Below, piece by piece: positions 28,939 to 39,831 of a stretch of 64,000 nucleotides of DNA. The stretch is taken from the NCBI GenBank assembly GCA_041697335.1, contig JBGUGD010000015.1, positions 96,001-160,000 on the forward strand. The letters are read 5' to 3'. Source of the stretch: Vampirovibrionaceae bacterium NZW_1234. Lineage in GTDB: Bacteria > Cyanobacteriota > Vampirovibrionia > Vampirovibrionales > JAGQHJ01. Position 1 is the stretch's first letter. The number at the start of each line of letters is the position of its first letter. The position numbers and the translations under genes are program-made. The notes under the pieces were generated by a model, which saw only the letters and a program-made list of their open reading frames with translations, searched no databases and was not told the DNA's origin.

Positions 28939-29502
28939 ATGACCACCAGACACAGCCAATATCGCGACAGCGGCGAATCCGACACCAGAACCGCCCTGGA
29001 CATGTGGATGGACTATTACAAAACCGTTATGGAGCAGGGGCTTGAAGTCATGCATCGCGGGACGGAAATGGCCTTTCAAACCCCAACCGGTATGCCCGGC
29101 TGGGATTCCTTTGAAACATGGATGGATGCCTACCAAAGCCGCCTGAATCCCAGTGAAAAGCTGGACAACCAAACCTTGCGCAACATGTACGATGCCTGGG
29201 TGCATGCTTGGGCCGAAAGCATGGAGCGCTGGATGAGCACGCCGGAATTCGTGGCTAAAAGTGGCCAGGATTTGGAACATTTTTCGGAATTTCAGGAAAA
29301 AACCGGCACCATGATGAATCAATACTGGGAAACCCTGCACTTGGCCAGTGCCCGTGATTTGCATGAGGTCTTCCACAAACTGTACCTCATGGATCGCAAG
29401 CTCGACGATATGGATAAACGTCTGCGCCAAATGATGACCCTTATGGAACAGAACACATCCAAACCGACCGGCACCACAAAAAAGAAATCAAGCTCCACCT
29501 AA
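28939..29502 (+). CDS. phaE: Class III PHA synthase subunit PhaE
   Basis: YDAW...TPEF...LHLASARDLHEVFHKLYLMDRKL; directly upstream of phaC. Confidence 0.75.
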   Translation: MTTRHSQYRDSGESDTRTALDMWMDYYKTVMEQGLEVMHRGTEMAFQTPTGMPGWDSFETWMDAYQSRLNPSEKLDNQTLRNMYDAWVHAWAESMERWMSTPEFVAKSGQDLEHFSEFQEKTGTMMNQYWETLHLASARDLHEVFHKLYLMDRKLDDMDKRLRQMMTLMEQNTSKPTGTTKKKSSST

Positions 29503-29524
29503 CGCACCCTGAGGATACGTACCC

Positions 29525-30634
29525 ATGACCAACACGTTTCAAGACATGTTCAATCTGCAACGAGATCTCCTGGAAGAGCATTTTAAAACCATGCAGCGCT
29601 TTCAGAAGGGATTTCACCTGCATCGCAACTGGCAACCCAAGGTCAGCCAAACGCCCCACCAGGTAGTCCTGGAAGAAGGAAAAATCCGACTCCTTCATTA
29701 CCGCTCCCCACAGGGGACACGCTTCAGCCCCCCACTGCTCATTGTCTTTTCGCTCATCAATCGCTCCTATATTCTGGACCTGAAGCCGGGCAAAAGCATT
29801 GTGGAGAAAATGCTGGAGGCTGGCTTTGACGTTTATTTAATCGATTGGGGCGTTCCGGGGCGCAGCGATCAATTTTTAACGCTGGACGATTATATCAATC
29901 GATTTATGCTGCGCGTGATTCAATTTATCCTCGATCATGCCCAGGTACCTTCAATCTCGATGCTGGGCTATTGTATGGGCGGCACCATGGCCGCAATGTT
30001 TACGTCACTGTATCCGGAGCTCGTCAAAAACCTCATGCTCATGGCAGCCCCCATCGATTTTGAGGATAAGAACGGCCTTCTTTACCTGTGGTCCGACAAA
30101 GACCACTTCAATGTCGAAAAACTGGTCAAAGCCATGGGCAATATCCCGCCCTGGTTCTTGCAGTCGGCGTTTACACTCACCAAGCCCATGCAAAACACCG
30201 TCGACAAATACGTCAAATTCTACGATAAGATGGAAGACACACAGTTCGTGGATGACTTTTTAACCTTGGAATACTGGCTGAACGACAATATCCCGCTCTC
30301 GGGGCAGGTGTACAAGCAGTTCGTGGAAGACTGTTTTCATGAGAACCTGCTGGTTCAAAACAAACTGTATCTCAATCAACACCCGGTCAATCTGAACGAG
30401 ATCCGTTGCCCCGTCCTGAGCATTGTGGCCGAACACGATCATCTGGTTCCCCCGTCCTCAAGCCTGGCGATTGAATCGGTCATCGCCAGCAAGGATCATC
30501 AGGTCATTTGTTTTCCATCGGGGCACATCGGACTTTCAGTCAGCAGCAAGGCCATGAAGCAGCTATGGCCCCAGGTGTCAGACTGGCTGGCAGAACGTTC
30601 GGCAGCACTTACCAGCGCGACCAGGCGCATGTAA
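29525..30634 (+). CDS. phaC: Class III PHA synthase subunit PhaC
   Basis: 369 aa; LINRSYILDL, DWG, lipase box GYCMGG, DHLVP, GHIG. Confidence 0.93.
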   Translation: MTNTFQDMFNLQRDLLEEHFKTMQRFQKGFHLHRNWQPKVSQTPHQVVLEEGKIRLLHYRSPQGTRFSPPLLIVFSLINRSYILDLKPGKSIVEKMLEAGFDVYLIDWGVPGRSDQFLTLDDYINRFMLRVIQFILDHAQVPSISMLGYCMGGTMAAMFTSLYPELVKNLMLMAAPIDFEDKNGLLYLWSDKDHFNVEKLVKAMGNIPPWFLQSAFTLTKPMQNTVDKYVKFYDKMEDTQFVDDFLTLEYWLNDNIPLSGQVYKQFVEDCFHENLLVQNKLYLNQHPVNLNEIRCPVLSIVAEHDHLVPPSSSLAIESVIASKDHQVICFPSGHIGLSVSSKAMKQLWPQVSDWLAERSAALTSATRRM

Positions 30635-30647
30635 AGGAGACGGCCCC

Positions 30648-31145
30648 ATGAATCATTCTTCCGCCCATTCCTCCATCACCGACGATTTCCAGGCACTTTT
30701 GGCCTCGGGAACCGTAAAGCGCCTTGTCGGGGACCAGGCCAGTCATTCGGTCACCATCTCCGAAGAAATGGTTCGCCAATATGCCACCCTGGTTGGCGAT
30801 GAAAACCCCATTCATATCGACAAGGAAACAGGACGCAAAAGCATTTTCGGGACCAATATTGCCCATGGCATGCTGGTTGGCAGCTTGTTTGGCCCGGTGG
30901 TCGTCAACAAACTCCTGGGCCCCGGGGTCATCTATCGAAGCCAGACCTTGAATTTCGAAGCCCCGGTCCCGGTTGGCGAAAGCGTCATGGCCACGGTCAC
31001 CGTTAAAGAGGTGAAAGAGAAGCCGGATAAGTGTATTTATATTCTTCAAACCGACTGCTTTCTGACCGCCTCACAAAAACCGGTCATTACAGGCGAAGCA
31101 GTGATCATTCAGCTCCTGTCCCCATCTAAGCCCGAAGAATCTTGA
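30648..31145 (+). CDS. phaJ: MaoC family (R)-specific enoyl-CoA hydratase
   Basis: GDENPIHID...FG..IAHGML...LLGPG...QTLNFEAPV. Confidence 0.8.
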   Translation: MNHSSAHSSITDDFQALLASGTVKRLVGDQASHSVTISEEMVRQYATLVGDENPIHIDKETGRKSIFGTNIAHGMLVGSLFGPVVVNKLLGPGVIYRSQTLNFEAPVPVGESVMATVTVKEVKEKPDKCIYILQTDCFLTASQKPVITGEAVIIQLLSPSKPEES

Positions 31146-31421
31146 ACCCCAAGGGTTGTGGCCCCTGGGGACAGATACAATAATTTCAAATAAATTATAT
31201 ATACGATTTCATGCATTTAATGATGGAATACACTAAATTTAGACCCTAGCGCCCCGAGTAGGCGAAATAGGCTAGTTGTAGTAAGATGAGTCACAGCCTG
31301 GGACGCGATTGCTGTGACCCTTGTCCGCAGAGAATACCTTTTAAGCATTTTTCGGATTTCGTGTCTTCTGGTATCGTATACCTTATGTAGAGTGGTGATT
31401 AGAGAATGGAAGAGGGCTTCT

Positions 31422-31973
31422 ATGACTCAACCCGGCCTCACTCTTTGGCTCACAGGATTATCCGGTGCTGGTAAATCAACCCTGGCCCAAGCCCTGGCGG
31501 AGGTTTTGAATCATATGAACCTGCCAGTAGAGATATTGGATGGGGATGAGCTTCGCAAGCACCTGTGTCAGGATCTGGGATTTAGCAAAGCCGATCGGGA
31601 TACCAACGTCCTTCGGGCAGGCTATGTGGCAGGCCTCTTGTCCCGTCATGGGGTCTACACTATTGTGGCCCTCATTTCCCCCTACCAGGAGTCTCGAAAG
31701 GCGGCCCAGGCTAAATCCCAACGGTGCGTAGAAATCTATGTCCAGGCGCCTCTGGAAACCCTTATTCAACGGGATACCAAGGGCCTCTATAAAAAAGCGC
31801 TGGAAGAAAACCTGCCCAACTTTACCGGTATCAGTGACCCCTATGAAGCCCCCATTCACCCGGATATCGTGGTCAACACGGAAGCCCATAACGTTGAAGA
31901 TTGTGTCGCAAAGATTCTCGACCATTTGAAATGCCATCACCTGCTACCCGCCGAGGCCCATGCCCATGCCTGA
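31422..31973 (+). CDS. cysC: Adenylyl-sulfate kinase
   Basis: [40 protein letters not shown]. Confidence 0.95.
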   Translation: MTQPGLTLWLTGLSGAGKSTLAQALAEVLNHMNLPVEILDGDELRKHLCQDLGFSKADRDTNVLRAGYVAGLLSRHGVYTIVALISPYQESRKAAQAKSQRCVEIYVQAPLETLIQRDTKGLYKKALEENLPNFTGISDPYEAPIHPDIVVNTEAHNVEDCVAKILDHLKCHHLLPAEAHAHA

Positions 31974-32784
31974 GACCATGTTGGATCCCTTGACGGCCCT
32001 GGAACAGGAAAGCATTTACATCATCCGGGAAGCTTACCGCAAAATTAAAAATATTGGGGTTCTCTGGTCCATCGGCAAAGACTCGACAGTGCTCTTGTGG
32101 CTGATTCGCAAGGCCTTTTTCGGCCAGGTTCCCATCCCGCTGATTCACATTGATACCACCTATAAAATCCCGGAAATGATTGCCTATCGGGATCGCTTTG
32201 TCGCCGAAAACGGCTTAAAGCTCATTGTGGGTAAAAACCAGGCCGAACTCGACAACGGGATGAACCACACTCGGGGGCGCCTGGTCTGTTGTACCGCCTT
32301 AAAAACCGATGCCCTTAAATTGACGGTGGAAGCCCATAAGTTTGAGGGCATTATCCTGGGCATTCGTGCCGATGAAGAAGGCAGCCGCGGCAAGGAGCGG
32401 ATCTTCAGCCCCCGCAATTACCAGTCCGAATGGGACGTCACGGAGCAGCCGCCGGAGTTTTGGGATGCCTATAAGACCGACTTTCCCAAGGGCGATCACA
32501 TTCGCATTCACCCCATGCTCAAATGGACGGAGCTCGATATTTGGCGCTATATTGAGCGGGAAAAGATTCCCGTCATCGATCTGTACTTTGCCAATAACGA
32601 TGGCTATCGCTACCGCAGTTTGGGGTGTGCCCCCTGCACGGCCCCCATCCGCTCCAATGCCCGAACGGTCGCCGAAATTATTGAGGAACTCGCCACAACC
32701 TCGACCAGCGAAAGGGCTGGACGGGCACAGGATCAAGATGACCTGCATGCCATGGAAAAGTTACGGGTAAAGGGGTACATGTAG
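31960..32784 (+). CDS. cysD: Sulfate adenylyltransferase subunit 2
   Basis: [35 protein letters not shown]. Confidence 0.93.
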   Translation: MPMPETMLDPLTALEQESIYIIREAYRKIKNIGVLWSIGKDSTVLLWLIRKAFFGQVPIPLIHIDTTYKIPEMIAYRDRFVAENGLKLIVGKNQAELDNGMNHTRGRLVCCTALKTDALKLTVEAHKFEGIILGIRADEEGSRGKERIFSPRNYQSEWDVTEQPPEFWDAYKTDFPKGDHIRIHPMLKWTELDIWRYIEREKIPVIDLYFANNDGYRYRSLGCAPCTAPIRSNARTVAEIIEELATTSTSERAGRAQDQDDLHAMEKLRVKGYM

Positions 32785-32786
32785 TT

Positions 32787-34451
32787 ATGCTGAACACCAC
32801 CTCCACGAACTTGTCGCCATCTGTGACCCAAACGCCCTCCCTGACGATACCCACCCGAGAGCCCATTAAGCTGGTGGTCGTTGGCCATGTGGATCATGGC
32901 AAATCCAGCCTTATTGGTCGCCTGCTGTATGACACCAACAGCTTGAGCGAAGGGCAGTTGGAAAAAGTCCGAGCCATTTGCGAAGAACAAAGCAAGCCCC
33001 TGGAGCTGGCCTTTTTATTGGATGCCCTGGAAGCAGAGCAGCTTCAAGGCATTACCATCGATACCACGCGTATTTTATTTCACCTGAGCAATCGGGATGT
33101 GTGGATTATTGATGCCCCGGGACACAAGGAATTCTTGAAAAATATGGTCTCCGGCGCCGCCCAGGCCGATGCCGCCCTCCTAATTATTGATGCCCTGGAA
33201 GGCATTCAGGAACAATCCAAGCGCCATGGCTATTTGCTCAGCATGTTGGGCATTCGCGACGTGGTCGTCCTGATGAATAAAATGGATTTGGTCGACTACC
33301 GCCAGGCGGTTTTTACTGCGCTGGAGCAGGAGATCACGGACTTTTTGGCCCAGCTGAATATGCACCCCAAGGCCATTCTTCCTGTAAGCGCCCTAACCGG
33401 GGAAAATGTCACCCGAACCTCGGGAGAAATGCCATGGTACTCCGGGCCCACACTGTTGGACATCTTGCAGCATGTTGAGCCTCGACGCCAGAGCCAGAGC
33501 GAGGTCTTACGACTCAGTGTTCAGGATGTCTACAAGTTTGACGAGCGCCGCATTATTGTCGGGCGAGTGGAAAGCGGCTCCCTGCGAGTGGGCGATACCG
33601 TTCAGGTTCTCCCGACAGGGCAGCTCTCCCAAATCAGCGGATTCGAGTCGTGGCCGCCCTCTGACGAACCTCTGACCCAGGTTTTTGCCGGGCAAACCGT
33701 GGGGCTTCAACTGCGTGATCCCTTGTTTGTGGAACGAGGCCACATGCTGGTCCATCCCAACCAAGGCCCCCATCCCACGCGTTACGTTTCGGCCAATATT
33801 TTCTGGATGGCCCCGGCCCCGCTAGCTCCGGGAGTTTCCTACAGACTCAAACTCGGCACACAAGAAGTTCATGCCCGGGTCCATCGCATTGAGCGCGTGC
33901 TCAACGCATCTTCCTTGGCTCTCAACGATGTCCAGGATCAGGTGCCCCAGTTTGAGACGGCGGAAGTCATCTTTCGGACCGAGCAACCCTTGATGGCCGA
34001 TCCGTTTCATTGCCTGCCCACAACAGGGCGCTTTGTTGTGATGCACAACTACGATGTCGCCGGAGGCGGCATTGTGCTGAAGGCTTCCAACGAGCTTGAG
34101 CCGGATCGTTCGGGCGAGCCTGGTGTTTCCCAGAGCCTTCGCGAAATAGCCCATGGCCATAAGGCCCAGGTTGTCCTCCTGGAAAAAGCCTCGCCAGCCG
34201 ATTTACACACATTGGAGCGGTTGTTGTTCCAGGCCGGGATCCATGCCATTGCCCTGGCAGACACACCCAAAGCCGAGCCTGTGCGGATCCTGTGCCAAGG
34301 ATACCTTAAAGCCGGTTTCGTGGTCCTTCTGTCAAAATCCTTGCTGCCGGAGTCCTTTCCCCTGGACGCGTTGGACCCGCTGCTTTCCGTTACGTCCGAT
34401 GTCGACTCATTGCATACCTTAAATCGGATTCAAGAGGCGATCCAGCTCTAG
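32787..34451 (+). CDS. cysN: Sulfate adenylyltransferase subunit 1 (GTPase) with degenerate C-terminal APS-kinase remnant
   Basis: [37 protein letters not shown]. Confidence 0.9.
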   Translation: MLNTTSTNLSPSVTQTPSLTIPTREPIKLVVVGHVDHGKSSLIGRLLYDTNSLSEGQLEKVRAICEEQSKPLELAFLLDALEAEQLQGITIDTTRILFHLSNRDVWIIDAPGHKEFLKNMVSGAAQADAALLIIDALEGIQEQSKRHGYLLSMLGIRDVVVLMNKMDLVDYRQAVFTALEQEITDFLAQLNMHPKAILPVSALTGENVTRTSGEMPWYSGPTLLDILQHVEPRRQSQSEVLRLSVQDVYKFDERRIIVGRVESGSLRVGDTVQVLPTGQLSQISGFESWPPSDEPLTQVFAGQTVGLQLRDPLFVERGHMLVHPNQGPHPTRYVSANIFWMAPAPLAPGVSYRLKLGTQEVHARVHRIERVLNASSLALNDVQDQVPQFETAEVIFRTEQPLMADPFHCLPTTGRFVVMHNYDVAGGGIVLKASNELEPDRSGEPGVSQSLREIAHGHKAQVVLLEKASPADLHTLERLLFQAGIHAIALADTPKAEPVRILCQGYLKAGFVVLLSKSLLPESFPLDALDPLLSVTSDVDSLHTLNRIQEAIQL

Positions 34452-34798
34452 CTGGTTTCTTTGGGACGCTGTCTCAGGCATGCCGGGCAGAGAAACGCAG
34501 GCTCCCAAGCGGCATCGGCATGCCCATCGGCGGCAAACGCCTCGTTTTGTCTGGCCCACATTAAGACAATCTCCCTTTCCCGGGGATCCTGGAGCAAATC
34601 TTCGTAATACAATATCCGAAGCACTGCGTAGGAAACCTCATAGAATTGGGCCAGCTTGGTCAAATTCGGCGGCGACGGCGCATACATCCCCCGTTCATAG
34701 CGGCTGATCTCAATGCGTTTAATGCCGGTTGCCTTTTCAACCTGTGCCAACGAGCGCGTATTGCGCAATTCCTTCAGTCTTTGCCCTAGGCAGGACAT
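34448..34798 (-). CDS. XRE-family HTH transcriptional regulator
   Basis: LGQRLKELR...[11 protein letters not shown]...ISRYERG...[13 protein letters not shown]. Confidence 0.85.
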   Translation of the reverse strand: MSCLGQRLKELRNTRSLAQVEKATGIKRIEISRYERGMYAPSPPNLTKLAQFYEVSYAVLRILYYEDLLQDPREREIVLMWARQNEAFAADGHADAAWEPAFLCPACLRQRPKETS

Positions 34799-34828
34799 AA
34801 ACAGCCATAAAGCAACATGCAAACACCC

Positions 34829-35114
34829 TTGTAGGGCGGGTCCCTACAACCCTAACCATTACGTTAATATTGTATAGTCAAGAAGCCAGATATCAAGGGT
34901 GTCCTAACAGAATCATCCAACCAGCCGACTCGTGTGCCTTTTGGGGCAGAATTCTCTGCCGTATGGTGGATTTTTGAAATAGATTATTTTTTCTTCTTTT
35001 TAGGACACAGCCTTGGTTTCCGGATTTTAAAAAACACCGCGTTGCAAAACCAAGCGTTGACAGCCTGAATTCAAAATGTTAAATTCAGTAGGATAAACCC
35101 CTACAACCCTAACC
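34829..35114. promoter_or_regulatory. Two GTAGG-N7-CCTAC-AACCCTAACC operators (34831-34857, 35088-35114) and promoter TTGACA-N17-TAAATT (35057-35085)
   Basis: Read directly from the sequence; the second copy sits just downstream of the -10. Confidence 0.7.
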
Positions 35115-35306
35115 CGTTCATTACCGGAACAAGTGAAAAAGAGAGGCATTCTTTTTCCAGTGTTGAGAGGTATACTGCTCATTCTGTTCTGTCGCTCGTG
35201 TGATTGGAGTTCGCCAGAGCGGAAAAATTAATACGCGTTATTTTTAAGAGCCCTCCAGCGTGTATCAACCGTTTTAGGGGAGGCTACATTTAGGGAGTGA
35301 ATTCAC

Positions 35307-36937
35307 ATGCAACGCATGGTGGAAAAATCAACGATCGATTATGACGAACGCAACCGGCTTGACTTTCTGGACATTGATGACGAAACCCGAGAAGACTTAA
35401 AAACCGTCCGAGACATGATTATTAAGAAGCTCCCGGAGATCATTGACGGGTTTTATGCCCATGTGCTCCATGTCCCGGAACTACGCGCCAAAATGGGCAG
35501 CGACAGCAATATTCAACGCCTCAAACAGGTTCAAGCCCAGCACTGGGCCAACCTGTTTTCAGCCCAATTTGATGGACACTACATGAATAACGTCAACCAA
35601 ATCGGCCAATCCCACGTCAAGATTGGCCTGGAGCCCCGCTGGTACTTGGGGGGGTATTGTTATGCCCTCAACCAAATCGTATGCCAAACAGCCCAAACCT
35701 ATTGGTGGACTCCCAAACGGCTTTGCAAGGTCCTGGCGGCCATCAACAAAGCCGTCTTTCTGGATATAGACCTTGCCATTTCGACCTACATTGATACGAT
35801 TTTAGGTGAAATCCGCAAGAATGCGTCCACCGTGGCTTCTGCCGCCGAAGAGCTTTCGGCCACCTCAACCCAAATGCAAGCCAGCTCCGACGACATGTGC
35901 ACCACCATTCAAGCGACCGCCGAGGATACAGAGGCCATGGATTCCAGCATCCAATCTGTCGCGGCGCCATTGAGCAATCCTCTGCCAATATTCAGGCCGT
36001 GTCCCAAAGCACCACGGAAATCGACACGACTATGTCCACTGTGGGTCAGGCCGCCTCACAGGTTTCTGAAAAAATGCACCGGGTCTCAGGTGTGGCGCAA
36101 GACATGTCGAGCTCCGTCCAAATGGTGGCCGCTGCCATGGAAGAGATGTCTGCCTCGCTGAAGGAAGTCGCTAAAAATGCTGTCCAAGCGGCTAAAGTCT
36201 CATCCAAAGGTGAACAATGCGCTAAGTCCACCCGATCCATTGTGGACAGCCTGGGGAATTCGGCTCGGGAAATCGGACAGGTCATTGAGGTTATCAATAA
36301 TATTGCCGCCCAAACCAACCTGTTGGCCTTGAACGCCACCATCGAAGCGGCCAGTGCTGGTGAAGCCGGCAAGGGCTTTGCCGTGGTTGCAAACGAAGTC
36401 AAAGAGCTGGCCAAGCAATCCGCCTCGGCGACCGAAGACATTCGCATCCGCATCGAATCGATTCAAAGCAACACCCAATCGGTCATCACGGCCATTAACG
36501 AAATCAGCGAGGTGATGGCCGAAATGAACCTGATTAACGAAACCATTGCCAGCGCCGTGGAAGAGCAGACCGTCACGTCCAACGAAATCAGCTTTAATAT
36601 CTCCAATAGCGCAACCCAAGCCCAGACCGTTTCGGAAAACGTGCAAGAGACCCTCGTCATTTCCCAGCACGTCAATCAACTAGCCCAAACCTCTTCTGGA
36701 ACGGTCAAGGACATGAAGGCCCAAACCGACAGTGCTGCCGAAGGCAGCAAGGAGATTGTCACCAGTTCCCAGGAGGCCGCCATGCGAGCCAAAAAAGTGG
36801 CAACCAACGTTCGCCAAGTCTTCGAGTCGGCAAATCAAACCTCTCAAGGCGCCAGTGCGTTAAAAGCCGCAGCTTCAGAACTGAGTCAGTCGGCCGATAA
36901 ACTGAACGCCCTCGTTGCCCAATTCAGCAAGCACTGA
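35307..36937 (+). pseudogene. Globin-coupled methyl-accepting chemotaxis protein (HemAT-like), split by a 1-nt frameshift near 35961-35970
   Basis: Protoglobin domain (FYAHV, QAQHW, IGQSHVKIGLEPRWYLGGY) in 35307..36161; MCP signalling domain ([37 protein letters not shown]) in the -1 frame. Confidence 0.8.
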
Positions 36938-37220
36938 CGACCCGTCTTTTCTCGCTGTCCGAATCGGGACAGCCTATTGCAACAGGTAACTGGCTTACCC
37001 TCATGCTTGACGTTATAGGGTAGGCCTTTTTTTAGGCAGGAGAACTACTTCGTAGGGCCCTGCCTCTGAAACGGCATGGTGAGAGATTGGCAACCTGTCT
37101 TAGGTCACCTGACAGATCCGACATTGACGGGACTGACATATACTTCAGAACGTTTCAAAAAAGAATCCCCCTCACTTCGTTTCACCCCAAGCCAGAGCAC
37201 AAGACATCAAAGGAGATCCT

Positions 37221-37967
37221 ATGAACACGACAACGGAACCCCCTCGCGTGGCAGTGGTCACCGGTGGCGTCCGCGGCATCGGACGCGCCATTTCGGAAGA
37301 GCTTTGCAAGGAAGGCTATGTGGTCATTGCCACCTACCGTAACCGCCAGGATCAAGCCGAAGCGTTGGAAAAAATGTTTGAAGACCGCATATTCACCCGT
37401 AAAACCGATGTGTCCGATATGGACGAGGTCGATGCCCTGTTTCAGGAGATTCAACACACCTGGGGACGCGTGGATGTGCTGGTCAACAATGCCGGGATCA
37501 ACATCGATCGGACCTTTCATAAAATGGGGGCCAACGAATGGCATCAGGTCATTGATGTGAATTTGAACGGCACGTTTTATTGCTGTAACCGCGCCATTCC
37601 GCTGATGCGGGATCAGGCCTTCGGTCGCATTATTAACATCTCCTCCATTGTGGGGCAGAAAGGCAATTTCGGTCAGGCCAACTATGCCGCCTCCAAGGCC
37701 GGCTTACTGGGGTTAACCAAGACACTGGCCCTGGAAAATGCGGTCAAAGGCATTACGGTCAATGCCATTTGTCCCGGCTTCATTGAAACCGACATGGTCA
37801 ATGCCATTCCTGACGACGTCAAAGAACGCATCCAGGATGAAATTCCGATGAAGCGCTTTGGCACGGCCCGGGAAGTGGCTCGGGTGGTTGGGTTTCTGGC
37901 CTCCCAGGATGCGGGCTATATTACAGGCCAGGAGCTGAACATCAACGGGGGGCTCCTGACCCATTAA
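37221..37967 (+). CDS. phaB: Acetoacetyl-CoA reductase (SDR)
   Basis: TGGVRGIG, NNAGI, GNFGQANYAASK, INGG; PHA genes nearby. Confidence 0.85.
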   Translation: MNTTTEPPRVAVVTGGVRGIGRAISEELCKEGYVVIATYRNRQDQAEALEKMFEDRIFTRKTDVSDMDEVDALFQEIQHTWGRVDVLVNNAGINIDRTFHKMGANEWHQVIDVNLNGTFYCCNRAIPLMRDQAFGRIINISSIVGQKGNFGQANYAASKAGLLGLTKTLALENAVKGITVNAICPGFIETDMVNAIPDDVKERIQDEIPMKRFGTAREVARVVGFLASQDAGYITGQELNINGGLLTH

Positions 37968-38162
37968 TAACAACCAGCGGGTCAACTCACCTCAGACCGC
38001 ACAGAATACCCGCATAACTGTGTCACCGCTTTTTGCGTGGCCGGCATCCCGGCAACTGCAAATGTAACAATCGCGTAATATCGGAACCCAAAGATAGCAA
38101 TTCTGCATACGTAAGATTTTTATTTTATATATAGTTTATCTTTAATATGTATAGGGTTACGT

Positions 38163-39419
38163 ATGTCCTCTTTGGGTAAGCTTTTACCGCTGTTTCTCAT
38201 ACAGCAAACACAGGCCGCTCAGCAACCCGCTGCGCAGTACGATGACTATGGCTACGATTCCCCGTTTGACATGGGTCCCGGTGGCATCGATTCCTTTGAG
38301 TCATCCCGCGGCTGGCCGCCCTTGGACATGGCCCCACCTGAGCCCCCCCCGCCAGCAATGGATCCGATGATGCTCATCGTCATGATGCAGATGATGAAGA
38401 AGGACGGCGATTCTGAAGACGGCGGCCTCGACCCTATGATGCTCATGATGATGATGGGCCAAGGCAAGATGGACCCCATGATGATGCTCCTGATGATGAA
38501 GATGGGGGACAAGGACGACAGCACCACAGGCGATTCCAAAGACGGCATTGATCCCATGATGCTTATGATGATGATGGGCGGTGCCGGCGGCGCAGGTGGC
38601 GCCGGGGGTATGGATCCCATGATGATGATCGTCATGATGCAGATGATGGAGAAGGACGGCGATTCTGAAGACGGCGGCCTTAACCCCATGATGCTCATGA
38701 TGATGATGGGCGGCAACATGGACCCCATGATGATGCTCTTGATGATGAAAATGGGGGACAAGGACGACACCACCACAGGCGGTGACAATGATGACGGCAT
38801 CGATATGAAGACCCTGATGATGATGTCCATGATGTCCGGTGCCGGAGGCCCGGGCGGTCCCGGTGGCCCGGGCGGTCCGGGTGGTGGCATGGATCCGATG
38901 ATGATGATCCTGATGATGAAAATGATGGGCGATGACAACGGCTCGGGTGGCATGGACATGAAGACCCTGATGATGATGTCCATGATGTCTGGGGGCGGCA
39001 TGGATCCGATGATGATGCTCCTGATGATGAAAATGGGCGATAACAATAGCCCCCCCGGCAGTGGTAGCGGCCTGGATATGAAAGACATGATGCTGTTCTC
39101 CATGATGTCTGGAGGCGGCGGCGATATGATGGGCATGATGATGATGATGTCCATGATGAACGGCGATATGGACATCAAAGACTTTATGTTGTTCTCCATG
39201 CTCTCCGGTGGCCTGGATCCGGGTGGAATGATGATGATGATGATGCTCAGGGGCGATAGGCCAAGAACGGTCATTCCCAGAGGCAACACCCTGGTGAGCG
39301 GCACAAACATTGCCAATAACTATGGCACCGTGGGCAATATGGTGAACAACCTCAGCAGCTTTTCAACCAACAATTTCTTTGGCGGCAATTTTATGAGAAT
39401 GGGCAGCTTCTGGGGCTAG
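38163..39419 (+). CDS. Extremely Met-rich low-complexity repeat protein (about 25% Met)
   Basis: About 15 (M/L/I)DPMMMLLMMKM-like units joined by Gly/Asp linkers; synonymous variation between repeat copies supports coding. Confidence 0.8.
   Translation: MSSLGKLLPLFLIQQTQAAQQPAAQYDDYGYDSPFDMGPGGIDSFESSRGWPPLDMAPPEPPPPAMDPMMLIVMMQMMKKDGDSEDGGLDPMMLMMMMGQGKMDPMMMLLMMKMGDKDDSTTGDSKDGIDPMMLMMMMGGAGGAGGAGGMDPMMMIVMMQMMEKDGDSEDGGLNPMMLMMMMGGNMDPMMMLLMMKMGDKDDTTTGGDNDDGIDMKTLMMMSMMSGAGGPGGPGGPGGPGGGMDPMMMILMMKMMGDDNGSGGMDMKTLMMMSMMSGGGMDPMMMLLMMKMGDNNSPPGSGSGLDMKDMMLFSMMSGGGGDMMGMMMMMSMMNGDMDIKDFMLFSMLSGGLDPGGMMMMMMLRGDRPRTVIPRGNTLVSGTNIANNYGTVGNMVNNLSSFSTNNFFGGNFMRMGSFWG
38358..38782 (+). repeat. 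Intragenic ~170-bp duplication, period 252 bp
   Basis: ATGGATCC.ATGATG...GACGGCGATTCTGAAGACGGCGGCCT...GGGGACAAGGACGAC at 38358 and 38610. Confidence 0.8.
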
Positions 39420-39831
39420 CCTCCAGCAATGCTTGACCAGCGCCTCACACATATTGGGCGCCCTGGAAAATTTCGAGATGCCCTGCCCTTCTGACGGCCC
39501 CCCTAAAGCGCCGCACGGTTTCACCGTCAAGGGTGACCAACGGGCGTCTTTCTCCCAATACTCTGTTGCTCACCAGGGCTGTATCGTTTCTCTAGACCCA
39601 ATAATTTTCCCCATATTTTACAACTCAAGTCCGCCATCAAAAGCGTCAGAACGTTTTTTGGAGGCAAAAAAGTCTTGGTAAAGCCACGTTCGAGAGGGTT
39701 TTGGCAGCGCCAAAAAAAGTTGTAACAAATCCGAAATATATCTAAAAAATAAGGCAATTATATAACTAATTAATTTTTTATTTATATACAAGATATCCAT
39801 TATATTAGTTGTCAACATAGAGGAATCAACA

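Noticed and set aside
35897..36937. Independent soluble MCP gene starting at 35897
   Set aside because: Its first ~24 residues are out-of-frame sequence; a frameshifted single gene explains both ORFs better.
38358..39245. ATG-rich periodic repeats as a CRISPR or satellite array
   Set aside because: In-frame coding repeats with synonymous variation; no constant repeat-spacer structure and no cas genes.
38252..39316. 354-aa Ile/Pro-rich minus-strand ORF
   Set aside because: Mirror of the ATG-repeat Met-rich gene, which has the shared upstream motif and a paralogous neighbour on the + strand.
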